The notes: generated by a model not told the origin, from the letters alone. A stretch of 64,000 nt of DNA from Camelus ferus (GCF_009834535.1 NC_045706.1:10416001-10480000), one strand, 5' to 3'. Shown: positions 48,531-61,020, counted from the stretch's first letter. Translations and numbers: made by a program.

Positions 48531-50172
48531 ATGCTATAATCTTTTTTCATGATTATCTAATCTAATCAAAACTAGTCTAACCTAATCACCTAAATCTCCA
48601 ACAAAAATTAACTATGCCAAGGAATGATCTGTAGGAAAATGGTAAACCCCCACACTATGCCTACCTTAGAAACCAATGATCAAAATTAACATTCATGCAC
48701 ATTTCAACATTAACATATCATCAAACCAAGATGTGATTCACACCATTCCAGGCATATTGTCGCATACAGCTCAACAAAGAGTTCTTAGTAGGGAGTCCTA
48801 GCACAGTCTTGGGAGAATCTAATCTATTTTCGGTTGTATCCAGAGTGTCATGGAGACAGCTGGAGGCTCTCTAGTCGGGTATTAGCATTTCATGTCAAGC
48901 CCACACTTCATTTCATTAGTTATGACTGAGCTACAGCACACATTTTAATGAAGTGCATACAACATTCTCTTTAGCATTTGCATTTACCATCAAACCGTGA
49001 TATTGTAAAGCACAGCACACTCAGGTTGTGCATTTAGCTTTGATTAGAGCAGCTTTTTCTACACCTGCTTCTCATCAGACAGGATAGCGATTCATTGGCT
49101 TGTCTCCAGAAACTGAGTGATGACGTTTGCTTGAAGTGTCTCGCTTCATTCAGATGTCCTGTGGTTGTGAGTTAGGACATAAGTCCTGGAGACAGAGAAG
49201 GCCCAATTAAGAAGGAGAGAAAGATATTTCAGACACTTGCCTTGCAAATGTTGGAAATCCTTCAAAAGAACACTGTCCTGGGAGAGATGTCATGACCACA
49301 CACGACTGTCCCCATTTCCATCATCTGCGCTGGAATCTCGTGGTGCCTGAGAGGCACAAAAACAGGGAACCAGGAAATATTAAAAACTGGTTGTTTGGGC
49401 TAAATTGGTAGGTTAGCAAATAGACAATTAGGGGCCCTAATTGGGCATGTGCACACATGCACTTGCGCCTGCGAGCCCCTATCATAATCAACAGTCTCCA
49501 AGGAGGAATGAGTCAGAGTCCAAGTGAGCAAGATGAAGTCGGGCACCTGCCCGGGACGATGAGTACAAAGTAGAAGAGTACCCTGAGATCAGCATGGTAG
49601 GAAGGAGATAGTAACAACTCCCCTCAGGCTACAGAACCAAGACAGGATGCTCAGAGAGCAAACGTGTTACCAGCCCACAGGAGACCTGACTCTTCTAAGG
49701 GAATCCATCTTGGTCCAAAACCCTTCTCTTATTTCCCAGGACCTGGGTGAACCTAGGTCTGCAAGCAAATAAGCCTGCTGGAGCGAGGGGTCTGCGAGAT
49801 TTAAAATGTGGCTGTACACTGGGGTTACCTGGCAGTTGCTGCCTCTTTATTGATCCCAGGGACCCTTAAACTCTTTCCCTTCTCCGCCTCGGCACCAGGC
49901 TAGATTCTTCACCTTGGCTGTCTACAGGGACCTGTGTAAATGGGTATTCAGTGCTTTAAGTCTTTGCCAGGTGCACACAGCCTAGAACCAATTTTTAAAC
50001 TGAGATGAAGGAAGTTTTCCCTATGATCCACCCGAAATAACTAGCAAGGGTTTGCCAATTACCACATAATGGAGATTCAGCACTAATGGAGACTGTGGGT
50101 TATAAAAGAAAACTTCCCTTAAAAAATAAATGAATGAAATTGAAACACTACTTTAGGCCATCAAAAAGTAGT

Positions 50173-50484
50173 TGTGATGGTTAATTTTACGTACCAACTT
50201 GCCTGGCCGTGGGGTGGCCAGGTTAAACATTATTTCTGGGTGGGTCTGTGAAGGTACTTCCAGAAAAGATTAGCATCCAAATTGGCACTCAGTCATGTAA
50301 ATTGCCCTCCCCCAGTGTGGGTGGGCATCCAACTCATTGTGGGCCTGAACAGAACAAAAGTCAGAGGAAGGAGGAATTGGCTCTTACTACATCCACTGTT
50401 GAGCTGCAGCCAGTTCTTCACCAGACAGAGACAGAGATGTATCTCCTATTGGTTCTGTTTCTCCAGTGAACCCTGACTAATACA
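50173..50484 (+). mobile_element. MLT2B-like ERVL solo LTR (internally deleted)
   Basis: TGtgatggttaattttacgtaccaacttg...ggtcagaggaaggag...cctattggttctgtttctccagtgaaccctgactaataCA. Confidence 0.9.
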
Positions 50485-51100
50485 GAAGCCAAAATTTTGC
50501 CTGAGTCTTTATATTTTTAACTCAGTCTACTGCCAAAGCCATGTCTATATTCATATTTCTAGGATTTTTATGAAACTATCTTCACTCTTAAGGCACATAA
50601 TCGCAGTCACTGGAATGGAAATAAAACGGGTCCTTGCTATCACAGCATAAACCCACTGTATTGTGGTTGCCAAGGTCATGGTTCCTTATCGACCCCAAAT
50701 CAGACACCAGGCTGGAAAGCCTTCACACAAAACGCACAGCAATGGTTTGTTAGCAGCCAGGTAAACCGAAGAAATGGTGACAATTACCGATTTTATAGAT
50801 GCAAATATTAGGAAACTTAGAAGTTATACTTAGTGCAAGGGGAAAGAACTTTTAACTGAGCAATTGCAGTTAGATTTATTATAAAAAGTAGGGAAAACAG
50901 GATCCATAAGTAGTAGAATCAGTAGATACATCCAACACACATTAAGCTCCAGATTGCATTGAGATTATTTTTCAAGTGAGAATTCCACTGCTAGAGTACC
51001 TGCTAAGAGATGCAGAAGGGAAATCTATAAACAACAGCAAAACCCATTCAGTTGCAAGGTGACAGTAATTCTCTGAGCTAATGTAATAGCTTTATAATTC

Positions 51101-52016
51101 TGTCGACTTAAAAAAAACGGTGCAGCCTAAAAGCTGAGAGCTAGTTTTACTGGGTGGACTTCCCAAGGACTCGAGCCCAGGAGGTGGCCTCTCAGATTGC
51201 GCTGAGGGACTGCTCCAAAGAGGCAAGAGAGGAGCCAGCATATATAGGAGTTTTGGCAAAAAGACCAGGTAGTCATGTCGACTGAAATAAATGCACAGCC
51301 TGAAAGTTAAGAGTTGTTTTATTTGGCGGAAGGACTCGAGCCGGGATGACAGCCTCTCAGATCGCTCTGAGGGACTGCTCCGAAGAGGTAGGGGAGGAGC
51401 TAGGATATATAGGAGCTTTACAACAAAGACCACCAGGTAGTTGGAGCAATAAAAGATTACTTGTTATCTAAAGAAAACAGGCATCTCAAGTGAAAGAATT
51501 TAGTGCTTTTCTGTGTATGGGAGGAAGCAAACATTTGGGCTCACTGAATTCATTCCTTTGACAAGCACTTAGCTATCTAGGGCCAGTATCCTGTCCTTTC
51601 TTATTCTGGGTCCGCTCAGAGTGCACCACTGTGAGTGGCTGCAGAGGCCGGGCTGCAGGCCTGTCCTCACTGAGGGGTGGCAGCAGCCGCTGATGACTTG
51701 GTTTCAGCATTCTTTGTTTACTGATGTGGTTGCAGTATTTTCGATCACAGTCAGAACATTAAAAGATTACTGTTAATTAAAGAAAGCGAGATATCTCAAG
51801 GAATTTAGTGCTTTTCTATGTATGGGAAGGTGCAAAAGTTTGGACTGACTGAAATCATTCCCTTGATGTGCACCTTAGCTCTCTATCGCCAGTATCCTGT
51901 TCTTTCCCGTCCTGAGTTCCCTCTGGCTCACCGTCGGGGCGACAGTAGTGACTGATGACTTAATGGCCACAGCATCCTTGGTTTACCAATACGGCAGGCA
52001 ACGTCTTTCATTTAAA
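51101..52016 (-). mobile_element. ERV1-type solo LTR (outer, older), split by a second LTR
   Basis: Starts tgtcgac at 51101; ATTC TSD at 51097-51100 and 52017-52020; the two halves join as ggtagtca|gaacattaaaagattac, matching the inner copy's ggtagttggagcaataaaagattac. Confidence 0.85.
51276..51749 (-). mobile_element. ERV1-type solo LTR (inner, younger), 474 bp
   Basis: tgtcgac...gatcaca termini; GTCA TSD at 51272-51275 and 51750-51753; minus-strand TATA near 51405-51411 and AATAAA at 51323-51318. Confidence 0.9.
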
Positions 52017-54079
52017 ATTCTAAGCTTAACTCAGGATTGAAATCTTAAACACATGCGGCAAAATGACTGCTTTTTTCCCGTGCACCTTTTCAGAATGTGT
52101 CTGTTTGTCTTCAGACTCCCTTTCAGCCTCACCATCTGACTCCTTGGCCACCTGCCCCCAGCATCCTTGATAATCACTGGGGAAACAGGACCAGAGCCAG
52201 CGAAACTCACAACCATCACCAATTTCCTCGTACAGCAATTCCACCCTGAAGAATGAAGTTCCAAGGGTCCTTCCTGGAGTGGAGAAAATTAGGCTAGAGA
52301 AGAGTTCTTTTTAAAACTTCAGCTCTGAGATTCAGAACTTACACCTACCCCAGGCCTGATTATAAACCTCTCTTCCTGTAACTGTAAAAACTGTACTATC
52401 TTCAGGCATCTCGGGGACCTGGACACCTCATAAAATGAGAGCTCTTCAGAGGTCAAGTGCAGCATAAATCTCCTTAAGCTTGCAGCACTCGGTCCGAAAT
52501 GTGAGTCATTACTCATAATCCATGGAAGACTGCCCCACATGCTCGAATGGCATATGGTGAGGATTTGAATGTCTTTGCCATTGTGATTCAAGGAGGGTCT
52601 CAGTGTAGTCAAAGTGTGCAGGTCAGAGACAGGAAGAGCGTGTGGCGGGTCTAGGAGGCCAAATGGAAAAAAACTGACCGTGCACTTAAAGAAGGTTGGT
52701 CAACATGTTCCTTGTGGAATTTAAAGTCCAGGTAGAAAGGATCTGCCTCCCTCAATTCTGGATGAAATCTTGTAGGACATAGCTTGGAGAAGACCCCTGG
52801 TGACTTGCTGTACTTCAAGAAAACATCGCAGTCCCTCTTAATAGACGCAGCTGCCACTTCTCTAGAACTTGGCTCACGTGAGCACCCAAAAGTTCTCCTT
52901 TCCGTATTTCAACTTATGCTCAAGTCACTGCTGACCATCCTCTGTGTTCCTACCATATTTTTTAAATACTCATTAGCTGTCTAATGAGGAGATCTTATTG
53001 GGTCTGTTCTCTGTGCTGAAAGAGACATTTTATGTTTGGATATTTTAGGAGTGATAATGTTCTTTTAAATTTGGTTCGTATAAATATTATATTTTGACTG
53101 AGGCGGCTCTAAGGTTCTGTCTTTCGTTTGCTCGGCCTGACAGTTTGTGAGGTCTTCTTCCAAATGTAGCTGATCAGAGCTTCTCACTCCAGGGTTCTGT
53201 AAATGGTTAGGCTATACCTCAGTAATTCTAAGCACCTGCCTCACCTCCTGGTGGAGAAAAACTCATAAACCACTCAAGAGCTCTAAACAGTCCCGCACTC
53301 ACTGTGCCGCCTACTTCATTGTAAGGATAAGCAGCATCTCTCCACTCCATTTAACTCAAATCAGTGACACAGCTCAAGATTTACGCTCCAGGTGGTACCC
53401 TTACCTCCCACTTCACACGTTCAGCCTGCTTAATGGTGAGCTGAGCTGTCCATCTGAAGGTACTAAGCACCGTGTTTACCTTCACGCTCTTGAAGAAATG
53501 ACTCAGTATTTGGCTTAGGAGCCAACGGCATCCCAAGAAACTGATATTTTTCCTTTGAATGCGGAGTAAATGTTTCTCTTGGGTTCTGACTGAATTTAGA
53601 CTATTATCAGCGGGATATCAACAGAGTTTGAAGCAAGATGTTTAAGACACATATGAAAAGCATGTGTAAGAAAATAATGAAAATAAATAGAAGGTTGCAA
53701 AAACAAGACTGAGAAAAAGATCAATGAACTGAGACAAAACGGCTGCGAATGAAACCCTTATGCTACCCAGCTCACCAATGCAAAAACGTCAAGTACTTAT
53801 AAACATTCACCTACGTAAATCACGTAGTATCTATTCAGAAGTCTTTCTGTCCTAGCCCATAACACCACTGTCATCAGTCTTAAAGATATATTGGATTTCC
53901 CTGAGTTTAAAAGAGTGTACCAAATGTGTTAGAGGTTTTAGGACAATGTGACTGTTACCCTCAAGAAGTTCAAAATTTGGGAGTTTATCTCAAAATGCAA
54001 CCAAGTGAAAACAAGGTCGTAGCATCAAACTATGAATGGTGAGTGAGGACCTCAAGGACAACAGAGGAAAGATGTCATC

Positions 54080-54300
54080 CTTCATGTTCCAAAGTCAATC
54101 ACTAAAATATATACATTAACCAGCCCTATGTGTGCTAGGTGTCAGCTCCATACAAGGTCGTAGAGATAGTCACCTTGGGTTATTTTCATTTATAAAGATT
54201 ATCCAGATATTTCCCATCTTGATGCTGTCCTTTTGAAGTAGCAACTAGCACAGTGCCTGGCATATAGTTGTGCTCAGTAAATGTCTTTTGAATAAATAAG
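54080..54300. mobile_element. L2 fragments
   Basis: ctagcacagtgcctggcatatagttgtgctcagtaaatgtcttttgaataaat (L2 3' tail). Confidence 0.65.
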
Positions 54301-54619
54301 ATGGTACATGAGTGACACACATCTTACCTGGAGTTGATTATAGTTAGAATTGCCACAATGCAAATTCTTGAGTAAGAAACAGATAATTTTACCCAAATAA
54401 CAAAATTGCAAACAGTTAAATACTTTGTTCAGAAGCTTCTACAGCATTTTCCCCTTTTCCTAGCATTCTGCAGCAACTAATTACACCAAAGCCACTTGAA
54501 ACCCGACATGTGGGCTCCCAGTTAGACATGACAAAGGAAAGGCATTTTGTACTTTACGCTTTACCTTGAAAACCTACAAAAAATCATTTTTTATAAAGGA
54601 ACGAAGAAGAAAGAAGGTA

Positions 54620-56600
54620 ACTCTGTTGTCAATGAAACAAGGAGGCCATGACCCCAAAATACAAAATTTGAAGAACAGCTACCAAATACTGTACCAAATA
54701 CTGTCCTACAAGATGAAGCAGGACTCTGAGAGTTAATGCGCAACAACTCAGATTCAGAGCAGGACAGATCTCCTGAAAAGTGTTACCGAAAGATTCACCT
54801 ATTGTACACTAAGATGGGAAGGGCTGGCCAGCCTCACAAGAAGCAAGGAATGCTATTCCTGTGGGTTCTCAGAAGGTCAGGGCAGAACAGCAGAGGAGAA
54901 GGAGCTGAAGAAGGAGCCATGTGATGAGCGATTTTGACTGATACTCACCTGGTCTCCTGGCCAGGGAGCTGCTTCCGGAGGGCTGGAAGGAGAGACAAAA
55001 GCAGGGGTCTCCATCCAAACGTGACTCAGAAGGCCTGTGACCTGAGGGGCTCCACCCTGAGCACACTGCTCCCTCGATGCCAAAAACAGAAGGGAAACAC
55101 ATCCCTAGGACAGAAAACCTAAGAGAATGTGGCATCTATATAAGAAAACAGTCCTAGAAGAAGTTTTGAAAAGTCCCAGCTCATGATCCCCACCCATGCC
55201 CTGCGACTCCTCAGCACAGACGTGGCAAAGAAAGAGACGCTCATGTTGAAGATGAGTAGTAACAAGAAAGAGATTGACACGGAACGACAGAAAGCAGGGT
55301 GGTGATGAGCTGCAGAATGAAAGGAAAAGAATGCGGGAAAAGGAGATGAAGAACGTGTATGATCAGAATTAGCCTAGAAAACAGAGTTCAGACAAAGAGT
55401 TCTGCGTAAGTTAAAACACATGACGGACCTAATGTCTCTGAAAAGTGCTCCAATAAGATGCACGGAAGAACAAAGAAGAGACAGACGACAGGAGGAAACA
55501 CAAGCTCGGGCAGAGCTCAGGAAAGACATGAGAATTATCTCCACAGAGATTCGTTTTCCTTAAAGCTATGTTGGACGCCACAAAGAGACAACAAACATGA
55601 CTGAGAACAGAGGCATAGAGAACACTTAGAAATTCCATGTTTTTTTTTAAAAAAAAGGAACAAAGACAAGAGCATTATTAGAAGAAGAGAGCAAGGACAT
55701 AGATTCAAAATACACATCACCAGTAAGCCACCCCTGCTCCTACCAAAAAACCCAAAAATGTTTAAAGAGAAAAACACTACCTTTGGTAGTTTGGTACTGC
55801 AGATTTTAAGTAATACTAGTATTTTTAAATCCTGAAATTAAAAAAAAAATTTTTTAATTTGAAAATCAAAAGGGCAAAAGATCCAGCAAAACTCAAGCAG
55901 AACAAACACAAAGAAAACCACATCTACTTACAAAGTAGTCAAATTGCTAGAAGTCAAAGATAAGTAGAAAATCTTGAATGCATCGAGAGAAAAAAAGACT
56001 CATTATATCCAATGAAACAATGATGCAAACAGCTGGGTTCTCACCAGAAATAATGGAATTCCCAAACAATGGAATGGTACCTTTGCAGTGCTGAAAGAAA
56101 AAAATCTATCAATTGAGAATTCTATATCCACTGAAAATAATCTTCAAATTGTTATAGTTTTAGCATAAGACATACATACATAAAGCAATGGAACAGAATA
56201 TAATGTCCAGAAATGGCCATACACAAACCCATAACTAATTTTTGATAAAGGCACCAAGGTAATTAAATGGGAAAATAGAATCTTTTAACAAATTATATTA
56301 GAACAATTTGATACCCATATGGGAAAAAAATTAACCTTAACACATACCTCATGCCATACACAATGATTAATTTGAAGTTGATCATAAACCTAAAGGTAAA
56401 AACTAAACCATTAAGCTTCTTGAAGAAAATATAGGAAAAACTCTTCACGATCTTAGTATAACCAACCCCTGGAACACAAAAATCATAACTACAAAGGAAA
56501 AGAAATGATAAACTCACTTCATCAAAATTTAAACATATGCTCTTAGAAAGACACTGTTAAGAGAATGGAAAGCAAATCACACCAGGAGGAAATATTTCCA
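54620..56600 (+). mobile_element. Old L1M (ORF1 and ORF2 remnants)
   Basis: gcaaaactcaagcagaacaaacacaaagaaaacc...aattgctagaagtcaaagataag...caaccaattgagaattctatatcc; aatttttgataaaggcaccaagg...taccccatatgggaaaaaaattaacc. Confidence 0.85.
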
Positions 56601-56629
56601 AAAAAAAAAATAAGACCATATCATCTTTT

Positions 56630-56830
56630 AATTTCAAAATGTAATTATTATTATGGATAGCCTATTTTACATAATTTATAATAATAATTACATAATACAC
56701 TTAATATATAATATATTTACATAGCATTTCTTTTCTATTATCTACTATATAATATTTATTTATTCATATTATTTATTATATATTATACTTATGAAAATTA
56801 AATATATAACACATATTTTATTCTTTTAAA
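56630..56830. repeat. AT-rich low-complexity tract
   Basis: taatttataataataattacataatacacttaatatataatatatttac...tatttattatatattatac. Confidence 0.85.
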
Positions 56831-57649
56831 ACCCACAATTATTAGAGTTATTTTGTCCAAGTTTATGTATCAAGTTAACTGTGTCCAACAATTAAGATAA
56901 ATGAACGTAAAACTGCAGATTCATGTGCCAATACGCATAAATACACGCCTCTAAAAACGCAGTTGTTTTACTTTGCTTTCGGTGTCAGTGTGTTGCCTTG
57001 TCAGATTGACACTGTTGCAGAATTTAAATTCTTAGCCTCATTAAAAGTATGCTCAAGTGATTATTCACGTTTAGCTTCAACTTAGGGAAAGCATTATGAT
57101 CAAATGCTGCTGTTGCATAAAAACTACACACAAAGCACAACTATTGAACAAAACATCATTCTTTAATAGCATCACTTGAAGTGCTGGGCCTCAACTCAAC
57201 AGAACAAATTGAGTTTTAACAATAAAATAATAATGTTTGCCATCCTAGGACTGCCAAACATTTATGACTTTGAATGCATTTTTACATCTTAAATAATAAT
57301 CATTATCCTCATTTCCCACACGTTAACCTTTATTTCATGCTAAGTGCTTAAAATGCAAACTCTATGCTGCCAACTGCTGCACTTGTCTTTGGCAACATTA
57401 AGCCGAGAGCCAAGAAAAGCATGTTTGGAGGACTCTGCCAGCTATCAGGAATAGAAAGGGAGGCTATAAATACATCTTTGCTTCCTCTACCAAAATACTG
57501 CTTTTCTCTAAACTTCTGAACTTGGGAGAATTTCATTTCTTAATGACTTAGCTGGGTCTGCCGTTAGCATCTTTAAATGCCTGTGGCCCCACTGCTGAGC
57601 AGAATGCCCTGCGCACTGAGACACGCAGAGGCTGGGATGGAGGAAGCAG

Positions 57650-57810
57650 CAGAACGCCATGGAAAGAGTAAGGGCTCAGGCCCAAGGGTCTGGGTTTACT
57701 AAGTGACTCTGGACAAACTTCTTACCTCTCACCTCAGTCTCCTCACCTACAAACTGGAGATAACCCCTACCTTGCAGGGCTAGGTCAGGAAGTATGTGGG
57801 GCAAGTATCC
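57650..57810 (+). mobile_element. MIR SINE
   Basis: gtgactctggacaaactttcttacctctcacctcagtctcctcacctacaaactggagataa...cttgcagggct. Confidence 0.7.
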
Positions 57811-57874
57811 CATGTCTGAAAAACGCCCCCCAGTTTAATGTCAGTTCCCTCTTTCCAGCTCCGTGTCTTCAAAG

Positions 57875-58394
57875 TGTATCAGAGAAGAACAAACTTGACT
57901 CCGTATTGAATCTATTCCTCGAGCTCTAACCTTTATGTTCTGTTGCCTGGGCTTAGTCATGCTGGTTCTGCACCTTTTATAAAAGAGTGTTGCTTGTAGC
58001 CTGAGGTATACAGCACAGCCCATTCTCAAGGCTGTGACTTTTAAAGGTGTAACACTTTTCCACTCATATAGAGATAAAAAGTTGCAGAACAGAGAATAAC
58101 ATTTGTCATGTTGGAGGTTTATAGGAACATTGTGACAAGACCTACTCGGACAGCTGCCAAGAACAAAGGATTCCAGCACCAGGAAGTCTGCAACAACCAG
58201 TCACACCATTGCCTCTTTTAGTATAAAAGAAGCCTGAATTCTAACTGGGATAAGATGGTTCTTTGGGACCCTATCCACCATCTTCTCCGTCTGCTGGCTT
58301 TCTGAATAAAGTCGCTATTCCTTGCCCCAGCAATTCCTCTCTCAATTTACTGGCCTGTTGTGTAGCAAGCAGTATGAGCTTGGACTCAGTAACA
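57875..58394 (+). mobile_element. Complete ERV1-type solo LTR, 520 bp
   Basis: TG...CA termini; AAAG TSD at 57871-57874 and 58395-58398; internal gtataaaag TATA box and ctgaataaagtc poly(A) signal. Confidence 0.92.
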
Positions 58395-58399
58395 AAAGG

Positions 58400-59590
58400 T
58401 GTTACCACCATGGGGATAGGACAGATTATGGTAAGTCATTTGATAGAAAAAAAATTTCCAGGTAAATCTCTACCTTATATCAAAATTTGCTCATGTAAAT
58501 TACTTACTTAAAGATTTGAAATGAGGCCATTAAAAGTAACTAGGAAAAAAAACCAAGGTTCTTATCATTCTGGAATGAGAAAGGCCTTTCACAAGCTGAA
58601 CAGGAAAGGCAAAACTAAAGAAAATATTGATACAATTGACCCAGTTAAAAAAATAAGTATTTCCACAGGAAAAATTTAAATTCTCAAAGTTAAAATATAA
58701 AAGGCAAACTGGGGGAAATATTTGCACTCTATATGACAAAAAGCTAGTATCTTTAGTATATAAAAAGCTCTTCAAAGGCAATGATAAAAAGACAAGCACC
58801 TTTTAGGGGAAAAATGAGCAAAGGACAGGAAACATAATTCACTCAACATTCTACAAATATTTGAGCTCCTCCTATGTGTCAAGCATTCTAGGAATGAGAG
58901 AGAGACTATAAAACAGATGAATATCTCAACCTGAATGATCTGATCTTCTAGGAAATAAAAAATACACACAAGTAGGGAAAACAAAAATAAAAATCCTACC
59001 AATTAAGAGAATGCAAATTAAAACAACAAATTCCCACTTTCATTGGCAAAGATTAAAAGATTGTGTAGAGGGCAGTAGAAAAGTATGTTTTAGAAGCTTG
59101 AAAGACTGTACACTTACTTCTCAGAAATTCCTCTTTTAAGAATTTGTCCTAAGGAAGTCTGTAAGGATGCAGGTAAAGGAATATATACATTGTAGCCTTG
59201 TTTTTAATCATGAAAAACTGAAAATAACCCAAACATCGGCCAAGACATTGATTTGATAAATTACGGAACATCTATACAATGCAATACAACGCAGGCGTTA
59301 AAAAAATAATGACTTTAACGAAGTATGTCCAACACGCATTATTACATAAAAAGAGCAGGTTTCAAAAGTGTGTATGTTGTATGGCACCACGTTTATGTTT
59401 AGATGGATAGCTAGACAGACAGACAAAGAGATATCTTTAAGCATAAAAAAGAATCCTGAATGACTATACATCAAAATAGTACGTTAACAGCGTACCTGTT
59501 AACAGCAGGTATCTTTAGGTGGAGAGTCTACCAGTGTTTTCTAAAATACACATTTCTATAGGTTCTAAAATGGTTGCAATATACATTATT
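58400..59590 (+). mobile_element. L1ME-type ORF2 end and 3' UTR
   Basis: ggaatgagaaaggcctttcacaagc, gcaaactgggggaaatatttgcac, gaatgcaaattaaaacaac, catcaaaatagtacgttaacag. Confidence 0.7.
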
Positions 59591-60869
59591 TTTATACTAA
59601 AAAATACTAGAACTATTTGCGCTGGAATTTTTTTTAAACTTGAAAAAGATAAATAGTGGCCAACAGCGTACACATTCCTGGAAGAATTATGCTCAGAGCA
59701 GCAAGAGCCCACTACTGAATTTGAAGCACCAACACCCAGGAGGGCCACATCTCGCTCCTGTCTTCAGGCAGCCGAGAGATGCCTTTGCCATAACCAATTC
59801 ACAAGAAATGCCAGCCTCGCTGACCAAGAAAACCAGACTTTGGGGACAACAGGAGAGTCTGTGCTCTAAACAAGATTTCTAACGGGAAGAAAAAAAAGTC
59901 CCCAGGGGACCCAGCTAGTCAAGTTAAGTGAATATACAGTACCTGTGAAACCAGCTCTCCATTCCCGGCCATTAAATATTCACCACGTGGACCACAAAGG
60001 CCCAAGTAATTCAAATTGGAACTGCTTTTCATCCATGGCACTCAATTTTTAATGTATAATATCCAGCTCTAAATCCCATTTATGGAAATCTCTTACAACT
60101 GAATGACAAATCTCACAGTGGTCCGTGGAGCTTCTGTGCACTGTCTCTCTAACCAGGAAGCGATGAAATTAATTATTTTTATTTCAAACTCATTTAACTT
60201 TCTGTCACCGGCAATAACATTTAAATCTCATCAGTAGTCTTTGGGGTTATCAGTGTTTCTGCCTAGTCTCTTCTCATTTCAATTTTTCATCAAAATAAAG
60301 CCCTTCTATCTCCCCAAATACACATATCATATTCATAACTAATGCCTTTTTAAAAATAGCTCTTCTGACCCACCTCATTAACACTGTAAAATTCACTGGT
60401 CAAATTCATGCCATTAGCCAGTGAGCTGCTATCCTTTTGAAAAGCATATATATTCAAAGGGTTTAATTCAAAGGTGTTTTTTTTATTTTCCCAAAAGGTG
60501 CTGCTGCTTTGCTTGGTAAGACACTTGATAGGTTGCTAGAAAGAATTATTAGACAGAGACAACATAAATTTTAAAAGGTGGGAGGAATGCAACAGGGATG
60601 GCTTGCTTGGCCCCCATTTCCATCCATCTTGTGCTACATGTGGTCTCTTCGCTGCACTTCAAGGTGTGCTTGGCTCCTGAGAGAGACAGACACATCGGCA
60701 CCAGAATTGGAAGGAGCCGGAGTTTCCCCTCTTCCTACATTCAAACTCCAGAATGAATTCTGTCCCCTGGACCAGGGTAAACCAAGCTGATACCTGAATA
60801 GGCCTGACATCCTCCCCACTGTCACTCGCCTTAAGTTTCATTAACTCTGAGACACCTGAGAGAAGCAGA

Positions 60870-61020
60870 TTGCAGCTGGAAGACCTGGTTTCTGGTCCAA
60901 GCTGGGATACATGTCCAAGGATAAGAGCTTGTTCTTTGGGCTTCAATTTCTCTATCTGTGAAATGAGGGGATTGGGCCCAGATGCAAACTGGGATTTTTC
61001 TACCTACAAATTGTGGGCTG
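60870..61020 (-). mobile_element. MIR SINE
   Basis: Reverse strand reads gcccaatcccctcatttcacagatagagaaattgaagcccaaagaac. Confidence 0.7.

Noticed and set aside
49110-49230. TGATGA box suggesting a C/D snoRNA
   Set aside because: No CTGA D box at a suitable distance and no terminal stem.
59478-59512. Near-palindromic gttaacag duplication
   Set aside because: A local duplication inside an L1ME 3' tail; too short to imply a structured RNA.
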